This document shows, piece by piece, positions 10,201-17,759 of a stretch of DNA of 64,000 nt. The DNA is from an uncultured Gemmatimonadaceae bacterium (GTDB taxonomy: Bacteria; Gemmatimonadota; Gemmatimonadetes; Gemmatimonadales; Gemmatimonadaceae). The stretch lies in contig CAVXGK010000002.1 of the NCBI GenBank assembly GCA_963761305.1, forward strand, positions 3,264,001 to 3,328,000, read 5' to 3'. The notes beneath the pieces are model-generated. The model made no database searches. It was not told the origin of the DNA and was given only the letters and a program-made list of their open reading frames with translations. Each line of letters starts with the position of its first letter. Within the stretch, counting starts at the first letter, position 1. A program made the translations under genes and the position numbers.

Positions 10201-10534
10201 CGCGAAGTGGGCGCGCGAGGATCGCGGCGTGCCGCTGCGCGAGGCGTTGATTCAGGCCGGCGCGATCCGGTTGCGTCCGATTCTCATGACGACGTTCGCG
10301 CTCATCGCCGGCATGATCCCGGTGGCGCTCGGCCGCGGCGAAGGCGCGCAGTTCCGCGCTCCGCTCGGTGTGGCGGTCATCGGCGGCGTGATCACGTCGA
10401 CTTTCCTCACGCTGCTCGTGATTCCGACCGGCTACGAGATTCTCGATGAATGGCGCTCGTGGTTCATGCGCAGCATCGGCTCAACGCCGAAACAGATGAC
10501 GGCAGAGCACGCGGTGCCGGCGGCGGGGGACTGA
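7220..10534 (+). CDS. RND efflux transporter permease (AcrB/AcrD/AcrF family)
   Basis: 1104 aa; ISDFAIKRP start; IDDAIVVRENI, AKNAILL and RLRPILMTT motifs; ATGA-coupled to the adaptor gene. Confidence 0.96.
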   Translation: MIISDFAIKRPLITVVTMVAMVIFGLFALLKLKTDEFPDVDPPFLTVGIVYPGASPDVVESEVLKPVEEQIGSISGVKRIMGKAYDGYSMIMIEFFYDKDLNVASQEVRDAISGVREDLPIEMKEPIVQKFNDTDRPIVSLAISSTVLSPPELTRLADPGITRELRALPGVADVQIFGKVERELTVEVDPHKLQAANISVAEVVQALQLQNLAAPVGRVNGDLDERAIRLRGRLDNPAEFENLIVADRNGQLVRLGQVATIKDATEEPRTLALYNSKEAIGIDVKKAKGYSTTDVADRIRARLDQIEPTLPKGTKFDLVKDSGERVDHAVSNVEEALILGAALTVLVVFLFLNSWRSTVITGVALPISVLASFIAVWALGFKLETMSLLGLSLAIGILIDDAIVVRENIVRHVEMGKDHFTAAHDGTDEIGLAVAATTFSILAVFVPIGFMPGIGGQWFKPFALTIACSVAVSLFVSFSLDPMLSAYWADPHKAPHERAWITRQLDKFNHWFNARAEDYKKVIAWALDHRTAMVLMAALTFIASFFLPSYGLTGLGLAVAAIAIIVFGMTKAGLNRATRSAVIAIGSIGYVYAAVTSFGIAPRALQPIRTVGTGFFPEDDRAEFTMALETPPGSNLEYTRLKAEEAAQIARAHTDLVKYTYTTLGNQATGGVDEGHIYVRLVPKDKRSLSAEEFAEVLRHETKRMSGATISIFTNDLNGGFKAIQLQLRGQDVAALAEAADMVKAGVEKIPGAVDIGLSTKGQKPELEIDLNRGVAGSVGLTVGQVAQSLRPAFAGIDAGYWIDPSGKSRKVTVRLTPESRQRASDLERLPMVVQGPNGLPATMPLGQIATIKPGVGPAIIDHLNREPVVTVELNTSGRAAGDVTADIQTMLGKMRLPPGVRYTIGGDAESQAEVFGQIFSALGLAVLLMYLILVVQFGSFIDPIAILMSLPLSLIGVMISLAITKMTINIMSLIGVILLMGIVAKNAILLIDFAKWAREDRGVPLREALIQAGAIRLRPILMTTFALIAGMIPVALGRGEGAQFRAPLGVAVIGGVITSTFLTLLVIPTGYEILDEWRSWFMRSIGSTPKQMTAEHAVPAAGD

Positions 10535-10540
10535 ATAGAG

Positions 10541-10667
10541 GGTGGACAGGTGGACAGGTGGACAGGTGGACGGCGAGATGTCCGACGTCTGGATGCCAGA
10601 AGACTGACTCAGCGGTCCGGCCCTCCCTGTCCACCTGTCCACCTGTCCACCCGTCCACCCGTCCACC
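10541..10667. repeat. REP-like palindromic element: (GGTGGACR)x4, unique core, (YGTCCACC)x5
   Basis: Tandem octamers 10541-10572 and inverted tandem octamers 10628-10667 read directly from the sequence. Confidence 0.85.
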
Positions 10668-10758
10668 TTTAGAAACGGCCAGACGTGCCGATATGCAATG
10701 AAAGGGGGCCGCGATTGCGGTCTCCGAGAAGCGCGACGCCGCACCACGGGAGGGCGTC

Positions 10759-11829
10759 CTGCCGCATATCGGACGAAGCATCACGGCGACCGTTGTCATC
10801 GCCTCGACGGCCTGTGCGTTCTCGCGCGGCTCCACGGGATTCCATCCCGCGGACGACTTCGTTCTGTCCGGCACCGCGCTGTCCGATCTCACCGAGGGCA
10901 CGACGCTGCGGACGAGATCGGCCGCGCTCGACCGAATCACCAAGCGTGAGCCGCGGCTCGACAGCACGATGCGTCGACTCGGCACGGGCCGCGGCGTGGC
11001 GATCTACGTCTTCGACGGCGGTGTCAGCGATACGCACGCGGAGCTGGCGGGGCGCGTTCGAGTCGGATTCGACGCGTTCCCGAGCTCCCCTCGAGTCTGC
11101 AACGCGCACGGCACCGCCGTCGCCGGCGCCGCGGCCGGTGCGACGCTCGGCGTGGCCCCCGAAGCCGAGATCGTCGACGTCAAGATCATCAACTGCGATC
11201 ACATGCGCGGATCCGTGAGTGCCATCGCCGACGCGGCGCGGTGGACGGTGCAGGATCACCATCGCCATCCCGGGCAGGCCGCGATCGCGAACTGGTCGTT
11301 CGCCGTCGACACGACGCGCGGCGTTCCGGAGGTGGACAGCGCGCTCGCGATGCTGCGCGACGCGGGAATTCTCGTCGTCGTCGCGGCGGGCAACTTCGAC
11401 ATCGACGCCTGTCACGTCTCGCCGGCGAACGCGCCGCGCGCGTTCGTCGTTGGTGCGAGCGCGCTGATGCATTCGACCGACAAGCAATGGCAGGACGTGC
11501 GGGCCAAGAATACTGCGTGGGGTCCGTGCATCGATCTCTACGCGCCAGGGGACTCGGTGCTGTTGCCGGGTTTCGATCGCGAGGGGCCGACAACGTCCGT
11601 GTGGAGCGGCACGTCGATGGCGGCGGGCTACGTGAGCGGCGCGGCGAGCCTCATCTTCCAGCGCGATCCCGGCGCCACATCCGATGACGTCATGATGTTG
11701 CTGCTCGAGCAGGCCACGCCGTCGGTCGTCGACGAGCGCGCGGGTATCACGACGTCGGCGCGCTCACCGCTGCTCTACGTCGGCCCCGCGGTGCGCACCG
11801 TAGCCGCCGTTCCGCACGTACGGTACTAG
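10759..11829 (+). CDS. S8 family (proteinase K/aqualysin-like) serine peptidase; start uncertain (CTG 10759 proposed, first ATG 10969)
   Basis: Catalytic motifs VFDGG, HGTAVAG, AAGN and GTSMA; ALDRITKR (equivalent to GLDRIDQR) lies upstream of the first ATG in the same open frame. Confidence 0.85.
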   Translation: MPHIGRSITATVVIASTACAFSRGSTGFHPADDFVLSGTALSDLTEGTTLRTRSAALDRITKREPRLDSTMRRLGTGRGVAIYVFDGGVSDTHAELAGRVRVGFDAFPSSPRVCNAHGTAVAGAAAGATLGVAPEAEIVDVKIINCDHMRGSVSAIADAARWTVQDHHRHPGQAAIANWSFAVDTTRGVPEVDSALAMLRDAGILVVVAAGNFDIDACHVSPANAPRAFVVGASALMHSTDKQWQDVRAKNTAWGPCIDLYAPGDSVLLPGFDREGPTTSVWSGTSMAAGYVSGAASLIFQRDPGATSDDVMMLLLEQATPSVVDERAGITTSARSPLLYVGPAVRTVAAVPHVRY

Positions 11830-12303
11830 TCCGCCGGCCGACAGCACGCCGGCCATGAAGGGTGCGGGCGGCGCCGCGGCGATCGTCTCGTTCCTGTCGA
11901 GCAGGGTGATGATCGCGGTCCGATCGTCCATCGACACACGGAGCCTGTCTCCTTCGCGAATTGCGCTCGTGTCGCACTCGATCGGCAGCAGCGCGTTGTT
12001 GACGGCGTTGCGGTAGAACGTTCGCGAAAAGCTCTTGGCGAGGACCGCCTTGATGCCCGCGGCGAGAATCACCGTGGCGGCGATCTCCATGGCCGATCCG
12101 CAGCCGAAGTTCGCGCCGGCGACGATCAGGTCTTCCGGTTGCACCGACGCCGCGAACGCCGGATCGACCGCCTCGAGGAGATATCGCCTCAACACGCTCT
12201 CATCCAGCGTGTCGCGCTTGCGCGTGGAGGCGATGATGTAGTCGGTGTTGATATCATCGCCGAGCACGCGCGCGCGGCCGTCGAGTGCGATGTGCATCGT
12301 CAT
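11764..12303 (-). CDS. LeuD-like small subunit of an aconitase-family (3-isopropylmalate dehydratase-type) hydro-lyase
   Basis: GDDINTDYII, GANFGCGS, SFSRTFYRNAVN and GGLVPY motifs; ATG 12303 overlaps the large-subunit stop. Confidence 0.92.
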   Translation of the reverse strand: MTMHIALDGRARVLGDDINTDYIIASTRKRDTLDESVLRRYLLEAVDPAFAASVQPEDLIVAGANFGCGSAMEIAATVILAAGIKAVLAKSFSRTFYRNAVNNALLPIECDTSAIREGDRLRVSMDDRTAIITLLDRNETIAAAPPAPFMAGVLSAGGLVPYVRNGGYGAHRGADVEQR

Positions 12304-13643
12304 CGGATGTCGCGCGGGTCGGTGATGCGGCCCGTGGCGGCCGACGCGGCGCACGTCGCCGGCGACGCGAGGTAGATCGACGCCGTGGCGTTGCCCATGC
12401 GCGCCTTGAAATTGCGGTTCGCCGTGGAGAGCACGTTCATGCCGTCGCCCGGAATCGCGCCGCTCGTTCCGCAGCACGCGCCGCAGCCAGGCGTCGTGAC
12501 GATCGCGCCCATCGTCGTGAGCTTGGCGAGCGTGCCGTCGTCGGTGAGCGTGAGCAGCACCTCGCGCGACGCCGGCGTCACGACCAACTGCACGCCTGGC
12601 GCCACGCGTCCGCCGGCACGCTCGAGCACGTGCACAGCTTCGTGAAAATCGGAGACCCGGCCGCCGGTGCAGGTGCCGAGGAAGACCATGTGCACCGGGA
12701 CGCCGGCCGCCGCGCTGACGTCGACCACGTCAGTCGGATTGTGCGGAATCGCGACGCGCGGCGAGAGTGTCGAGAGGTCGAGGGTGAGGGTGAGTGAATA
12801 GGTCGCGGTGGAGTCGGGGTGGACGGGCGTGGACGGGTGGACAGCGAGACGTCTGACGTCAGACCCCTCGGCTTCCGAGGCGTCGCCTCTCGTTGTCCAC
12901 CCGTCCAGCCCGTCCACCCTCTCGGCGAGGTACGCCTCCGTCGCCGCATCGACGCTCCACATCGCCGCCTTCGCGCCCGCTTCGACCGAGAGATTCGACA
13001 ACACCATGCGCTCGTCGAGCGTGAACGCGCCGACGCCCGGACCGTGGAATTCGAGCGCCTGATAGTTCGCGCCTTCAGAGCCGAGTGCGTGGATCATCGC
13101 GAGACCCACGTCCTTCGCGGCGAGCGCGGGCGGACGCGTTCCGGTGAGCTCGATCCTGATCGTCTCCGGCACGCGCAACCACGTCCGGCCGGTGATGAGC
13201 GCAGCCGCGATGTCGGACGAGCCGAGTCCGGTCGCGAACGCATTGAGCGCGCCGCAGGTCACGGTGTGACTGTCGGCGCCGATGACGAGATCGCCGGGCA
13301 CGATGCGCCCGCGTTCTGGTGCGACCTGGTGGCTGATTCCTTCGCCGACCTCGAACACCGTCGCGCCATGGCGTCGCGCGAATGCGCGTACCTGGTCGTG
13401 AAACGCAGCGGTCTTGGGCGTGGACGGCGGCGAGTAGTGGTCGAGCGAGAACACCACGCGATTCGCGTCGAACAACCGCTCGCCGCCCATCTGCTCGAAG
13501 TAGCCGATGGTCATCGGCGTGGAGGCGTCGGTGCCTATGACGAGGTCCACGTCGCATACGACGACGTCGCCCGCGCGTGCATCGACGCCCGACTTTGCCG
13601 ACAGAATCTTCTCGCTCAGTGTCTTGCCGCGAGCCGCCGTCAT
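12300..13643 (-). CDS. LeuC-like large subunit of an aconitase-family [4Fe-4S] hydro-lyase
   Basis: KTLSEKIL, LDH, GADSHT, GTCTGGR, CGACCG, STANRNF and YLASP motifs; ATG 13643 overlaps the transporter stop. Confidence 0.93.
   Translation of the reverse strand: MTAARGKTLSEKILSAKSGVDARAGDVVVCDVDLVIGTDASTPMTIGYFEQMGGERLFDANRVVFSLDHYSPPSTPKTAAFHDQVRAFARRHGATVFEVGEGISHQVAPERGRIVPGDLVIGADSHTVTCGALNAFATGLGSSDIAAALITGRTWLRVPETIRIELTGTRPPALAAKDVGLAMIHALGSEGANYQALEFHGPGVGAFTLDERMVLSNLSVEAGAKAAMWSVDAATEAYLAERVDGLDGWTTRGDASEAEGSDVRRLAVHPSTPVHPDSTATYSLTLTLDLSTLSPRVAIPHNPTDVVDVSAAAGVPVHMVFLGTCTGGRVSDFHEAVHVLERAGGRVAPGVQLVVTPASREVLLTLTDDGTLAKLTTMGAIVTTPGCGACCGTSGAIPGDGMNVLSTANRNFKARMGNATASIYLASPATCAASAATGRITDPRDIR
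12817..12919. repeat. REP-like palindromic element (same family as 10541-10667) embedded in frame in the LeuC-like CDS
   Basis: GGGTGGACGGGCGTGGACGGGTGGACAGCGAGA pairs with TCTCGTTGTCCACCCGTCCAGCCCGTCCACCC; internal hairpins GTCTGACGTCAGAC and CCTCGG-CTT-CCGAGG. Confidence 0.8.
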
Positions 13644-14947
13644 TCGCTCGACGCCGCGGCGGCTGTCGGATCGATTGTCACCGGGCTGGCGAGCATCGTG
13701 TCGGCGGCGGCGCCGCGCTCCGTGCGCGCGATCCACGTTGCTCCAACGAGGTTGCTCAACGTGTTCACCGCCGACCGGCACATGTCGAGCGGGCGGTCGA
13801 TCGCGGCCACGAGCGCCATGCCCGCGGCGGCGCGCGAGCCGAGGCCGATCGCGTTCAGCACGATCAGCGTCGTGACGAGCGAACTGCCCGGCACGCCCGC
13901 GCCGGCAAACGCGGCGATCGTCGCCATGGCGACGACCGTGAGCATCATGCTCGGCGTGACGGGAAAACCGTACAGATGCGCGATGAAGACGGCCGTCACC
14001 GCTTTATAGGCAGCCGACCCGTTCTTGTTGAGCGAAGCGCCCGCCGGCAGGACGAAGCTCGTGATGTCGCTGGGTACGCCTAGGCGGTCGTTGGCCGCGG
14101 CCATGCTCACGGGAAGCGTCGCGTTGGACGACGCCGTAGAGAACGCGAGGAAGAGCGCGTCGGACGTGCGCTCGAGGAAACCGGCAATCGGTTGGCCGGC
14201 ACCGAAGCGCAGCATCGGGATCAGCGTGACGACGACGTGCACGACCAGCGCCACGACGACGACGGCCGCGAACGCGAGAAGCTGGTCGAGCAGCCCGAGA
14301 CCCGCCTTCGCGACCGCGGCCGCGATGAGGGCGAAGACGCCGAATGGCGCGAGCTGCATGAGCCAACCGACGACGACCATCGCCATCTCGTTCACGCCCC
14401 GGAAGAAACGCACGACCGGTTCGCGCCGGTGGGTTTCGATGACCGTCGCGGCGGCGCCGAAGAAGCACACCGCGACGATGAGCGGCAAGAGATCGGCGCC
14501 GCCCTGCGCTGCGGCCGCGAACGGATTCTGCGGCACGAGGTTGATGAGCGTCTGCGCGACGCCTGGCACGGACGCGGTACCTGCGCCGCCCGGCTGATTC
14601 GCCGCGCCAACGGCATTCGGAAAGGTGAAACCGGCGCCGACGTTCGATGTCGTCGCGACGAGCAGGCCGATGAGCGCGGCGACGAGCGTCGTTCCGAAAA
14701 AGAAAAGTAGTGTCTTGGCGCCCACTCTGCCGAGCGATCGGATGTCGCCCAGCGATGCGACGCCGACGAACACGCTGGCGATGACGAGCGGCACGACGAC
14801 CATCGTGATCAGTCGAATGAACACGGTGCCGACCGGCTCGAGGTTCGCGACCACGCCTGCGAACAACCCAAAACCGGGCGCGCGCGCGACCAGCCCGACG
14901 ACCACGCCGGACGCGAATCCTATGAGGATCTTGCGCTCGAGCTTCAC
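13640..14947 (-). CDS. Dicarboxylate/amino acid:cation symporter (DAACS, GltP/DctA family)
   Basis: FIRLITMVVVPLV, FSTASSNATLP (HP1), GAGVPG (HP2) and IDRPLDMCRSAVN (TM8) motifs; GTG start overlaps the upstream stop. Confidence 0.93.
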   Translation of the reverse strand: MKLERKILIGFASGVVVGLVARAPGFGLFAGVVANLEPVGTVFIRLITMVVVPLVIASVFVGVASLGDIRSLGRVGAKTLLFFFGTTLVAALIGLLVATTSNVGAGFTFPNAVGAANQPGGAGTASVPGVAQTLINLVPQNPFAAAAQGGADLLPLIVAVCFFGAAATVIETHRREPVVRFFRGVNEMAMVVVGWLMQLAPFGVFALIAAAVAKAGLGLLDQLLAFAAVVVVALVVHVVVTLIPMLRFGAGQPIAGFLERTSDALFLAFSTASSNATLPVSMAAANDRLGVPSDITSFVLPAGASLNKNGSAAYKAVTAVFIAHLYGFPVTPSMMLTVVAMATIAAFAGAGVPGSSLVTTLIVLNAIGLGSRAAAGMALVAAIDRPLDMCRSAVNTLSNLVGATWIARTERGAAADTMLASPVTIDPTAAAASSE

Positions 14948-16104
14948 GACGCGCCCGCTCTCGCCGCGTTGGCGTCGTGCGGCGAATAGTGGCCGGAGAG
15001 CACCTCGTCGAGCGCGAGCTTCAAGGCGTCGAGCGTGCGCTCGGCGTCAGCCATGCGAATGTCGCCCATGTGGCCGATGCGAAAGCCGACCGACTCGTAC
15101 GGCCCGAGGCCGCCCGCCGTGAGAATGCCGCGCGACTTGATTCGTTCTCGGATCGCGCGCGGCTCGACTCCTGCCGGCAGCGCGATCGCCGTCATCGTTG
15201 CCGAGAGATGCGGGAGCTGGGGACATTGCAGCGTCAGTCCGAGCGCGCCGACGCCTTCGCGGACTCGTCGAGCGAGCGACGCGTGGCGCGCGTAGACGTT
15301 GTCCAGGGCTTCCTCGTGGATCATGCGCAATGCTTCGGCGACTTGCAGCACGATCGCCACGGGCGGCGTGCCGGGCGTCTCCGGGCGCGCTTTCTCGACC
15401 GCGTGCTTCACGGCGGTGAAATCCCAGTAGTTTCTCGGCAGCGTCGACGTCGCGCAGGCGGACCACGCACGCTGGCTCAGCACCGCCCACGAAAGCCCCG
15501 GCGCCGACATTAAACACTTCTGCGTCGCCGTGACCGCGACGTCGGCGCCCCACTCGTCGAACGCGAACGGCATTCCGCCGAGGGACGACACGCCGTCCAC
15601 CAGCACGAGCTTGTCGCGCGAGCGGGCAATGCGGGCGACCGCCTCGACGTCGTTCCTCACACCGGTTGACGAATCACCGAACGCGAGCGCGATCGCGCGC
15701 GTTCGTGGATGCTCGTCGAGCACGGACTCGAGCTCGCGCGCATCGACGCCCAGCTCCCATTGTGTCGCCAAGCGATGCGCGACGACGCCGTACGATTCGG
15801 CCAAGCGCGCCCACATCTCGCCGAACTTGCCGTTACAGCACACGGCGATCTCGTCGCCGGGCGAGAAGAGGTTGCAGATCGTCGCTTCCAACGCACCGCG
15901 GCCCGTCGTGTGGATCGGGATCGGTGTCTGCGTCGTGCCAAATACGGGACGCAGAAGCTCCAGCGCGACGGCCAGCTCGCGAGAGAACTCCGGCGTGCGA
16001 TGGTGGATCATGGGCCGCGCGCCCGCGCGCAGCACGCGCTCGGGCACGCGCGTCGGACCCGGCGTCATGAGAAGCAACGGCTCTCCGGCAAACGGCTCCG
16101 TCAC
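14944..16104 (-). CDS. PLP-dependent class V aminotransferase (alanine-glyoxylate/serine-pyruvate family)
   Basis: LMTPGPT, HHRTPEF, VDGVSSLGG, ATQKCL (PLP lysine) and FRIGHMG motifs. Confidence 0.93.
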   Translation of the reverse strand: MTEPFAGEPLLLMTPGPTRVPERVLRAGARPMIHHRTPEFSRELAVALELLRPVFGTTQTPIPIHTTGRGALEATICNLFSPGDEIAVCCNGKFGEMWARLAESYGVVAHRLATQWELGVDARELESVLDEHPRTRAIALAFGDSSTGVRNDVEAVARIARSRDKLVLVDGVSSLGGMPFAFDEWGADVAVTATQKCLMSAPGLSWAVLSQRAWSACATSTLPRNYWDFTAVKHAVEKARPETPGTPPVAIVLQVAEALRMIHEEALDNVYARHASLARRVREGVGALGLTLQCPQLPHLSATMTAIALPAGVEPRAIRERIKSRGILTAGGLGPYESVGFRIGHMGDIRMADAERTLDALKLALDEVLSGHYSPHDANAARAGAS

Positions 16105-16787
16105 TCGATCACGCCCTTCTTCCTGAGCGACTCGTCGATCTCCGCGCGATACAACACACCCTTTCCGATCTCGGCGATTCGCGCCGTCTCGCGGGCCATC
16201 AACTCGCCGACGGCCGCGAGCACGGATTCAGCATCGTCGCGCGGGACGACGGCCACGCCGTCCTTGTCACCCACGACGAGATCGCCCGGCATGACGACCG
16301 TATCACCGCAGGCGATCGGCAGATTGATCTCGCCGGGTCCGTCCTTGTCGCACGCGCCGGGACTCACCGAACGGCTGAACGCGGGCATGCCGAGCCGGCG
16401 GATGCCGTCGACGTCGCGAATCGCGCCGTCCACGATGATGCCGCCGAGCTTCTTTGCCGACGCTGTGTGACACATCAATTCGCCGAACACGGCGCTCGTC
16501 GTGTTGCCGCAGGTGGCGACGACGATCACGTCGCCCGGGTCGGCAACCTGAAGCGCCTTGTGCACCATGAGATTGTCGCCGGGCCGACAGCGCACGGTCA
16601 CCGCGCGACCACCGAGCGACAACCCGGTGCGCGAGAGAATTCCTGGATCCATGAAATTGAACCGCCCCATCGCGTCGGCGAGGTTCGCGGCGGCCGTGCC
16701 GCGAAAACGTTCGACGAGCGAATCGGGGAGTCGCGGTGGAGCGGTCGCGATTCGAAAGCCTGGTTTTCCGCTGGCTGAGACGGGCAT
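16101..16787 (-). CDS. RraA family protein / HMG-CHA aldolase-like class II pyruvate aldolase
   Basis: ANLADAM, GRAVTV, PGDNL, AVFGE, DGAIRD and PGDLVVGDKDGVAVVP motifs; ATG 16787 preferred. Confidence 0.9.
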   Translation of the reverse strand: MPVSASGKPGFRIATAPPRLPDSLVERFRGTAAANLADAMGRFNFMDPGILSRTGLSLGGRAVTVRCRPGDNLMVHKALQVADPGDVIVVATCGNTTSAVFGELMCHTASAKKLGGIIVDGAIRDVDGIRRLGMPAFSRSVSPGACDKDGPGEINLPIACGDTVVMPGDLVVGDKDGVAVVPRDDAESVLAAVGELMARETARIAEIGKGVLYRAEIDESLRKKGVIE

Positions 16788-17048
16788 GCGCTGGGATGGG
16801 ATGGCTGGTGAGCGCCTGAGAGTTGACTGCCGGTTGACGATGGCGAGTCGCACCGACCGGGGGAAGGGACGACGTAATCCGATCGTAATCCGGGCGTGAG
16901 CCGCCGTTCATCGGGCGGTGATGCGATCGTCATCGAGGGCTCACGGCGCTCTCACGGCCTCACCATCGGGGCGCAATCGGCGGGTGGTATCGTGGCGCCG
17001 AGCGATAGTCCGTCGCTCTGCGGTCACCCGATGGTGGAGGCCCAGGTC

Positions 17049-17753
17049 ATGTTTGGAACGCTTCTCGAGTCCCGAGCGCGCCGGCGTCGCCGGCCCGGTG
17101 GTGCGGCGGTGAGCGTGGCGGTGCACATGGCAATCATCGTCACCGTGACGGCGACGACGGTGCGCGGGAGCGCCGTGATGAACAGCAAGCCCGATCCCAT
17201 CCTGATCCGCTTCGATCGACACATTCCTTCGCCGCCACGCGTTTCTCACACATCGACGACGCAAGCCGTGACGGCGAGTCCCGTCTCGATCGCGTCCATT
17301 GTGATTCGCCACGTCGACGCTCCCACGACGATCCCAGTGGATCTCCCGCCGATCGATCCCTCAGTTGGCAACGGCACTGACAGCATCGTGATCGGCGGCG
17401 GCCCGTCGGGCCCCGGCTTGGCGCACGGCATCTTTGACGGCGCCGAGGGAAACAACCAGAGCGAATGGCGAGGTGTCGATCTTCAAACGCGAATCGTCAC
17501 CTCGGCCAGACCGCGCTACCCGGAATCGTTGCGACAGGCGGCGATCGACGGCACCGTGCTCGTTCGCTTCGTCGTCGACACGACGGGCCGCGTCGATATG
17601 AGCAGCGTGGCGGTGGTGTCGAGCACGCACGATCTCTTCACCCGCGCTGTTCGCGACGCGCTGCCGGGCTTTCGTTTCAAGCCGGCCGAATCCGGCGGTC
17701 AGCACGTGCGCGTGTTGGCTGAGATGCCGTTCGAGTTTCACATCACGAGGTGA
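17049..17753 (+). CDS. tonB: TonB family energy transducer
   Basis: GGAGG SD at 17036-17040; SVAVH transmembrane motif; Pro-rich linker; C-terminal PRYPESLRQAAIDGTVLVRFVVDTTGRV. Confidence 0.88.
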   Translation: MFGTLLESRARRRRRPGGAAVSVAVHMAIIVTVTATTVRGSAVMNSKPDPILIRFDRHIPSPPRVSHTSTTQAVTASPVSIASIVIRHVDAPTTIPVDLPPIDPSVGNGTDSIVIGGGPSGPGLAHGIFDGAEGNNQSEWRGVDLQTRIVTSARPRYPESLRQAAIDGTVLVRFVVDTTGRVDMSSVAVVSSTHDLFTRAVRDALPGFRFKPAESGGQHVRVLAEMPFEFHITR

Positions 17754-17759
17754 CGACCG

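Noticed and set aside
11764..13643. Canonical leucine biosynthesis leuCD
   Set aside because: No leuA, leuB or ilv genes nearby and the context is catabolic (transporter, aldolase); family assignment kept, gene symbols withheld
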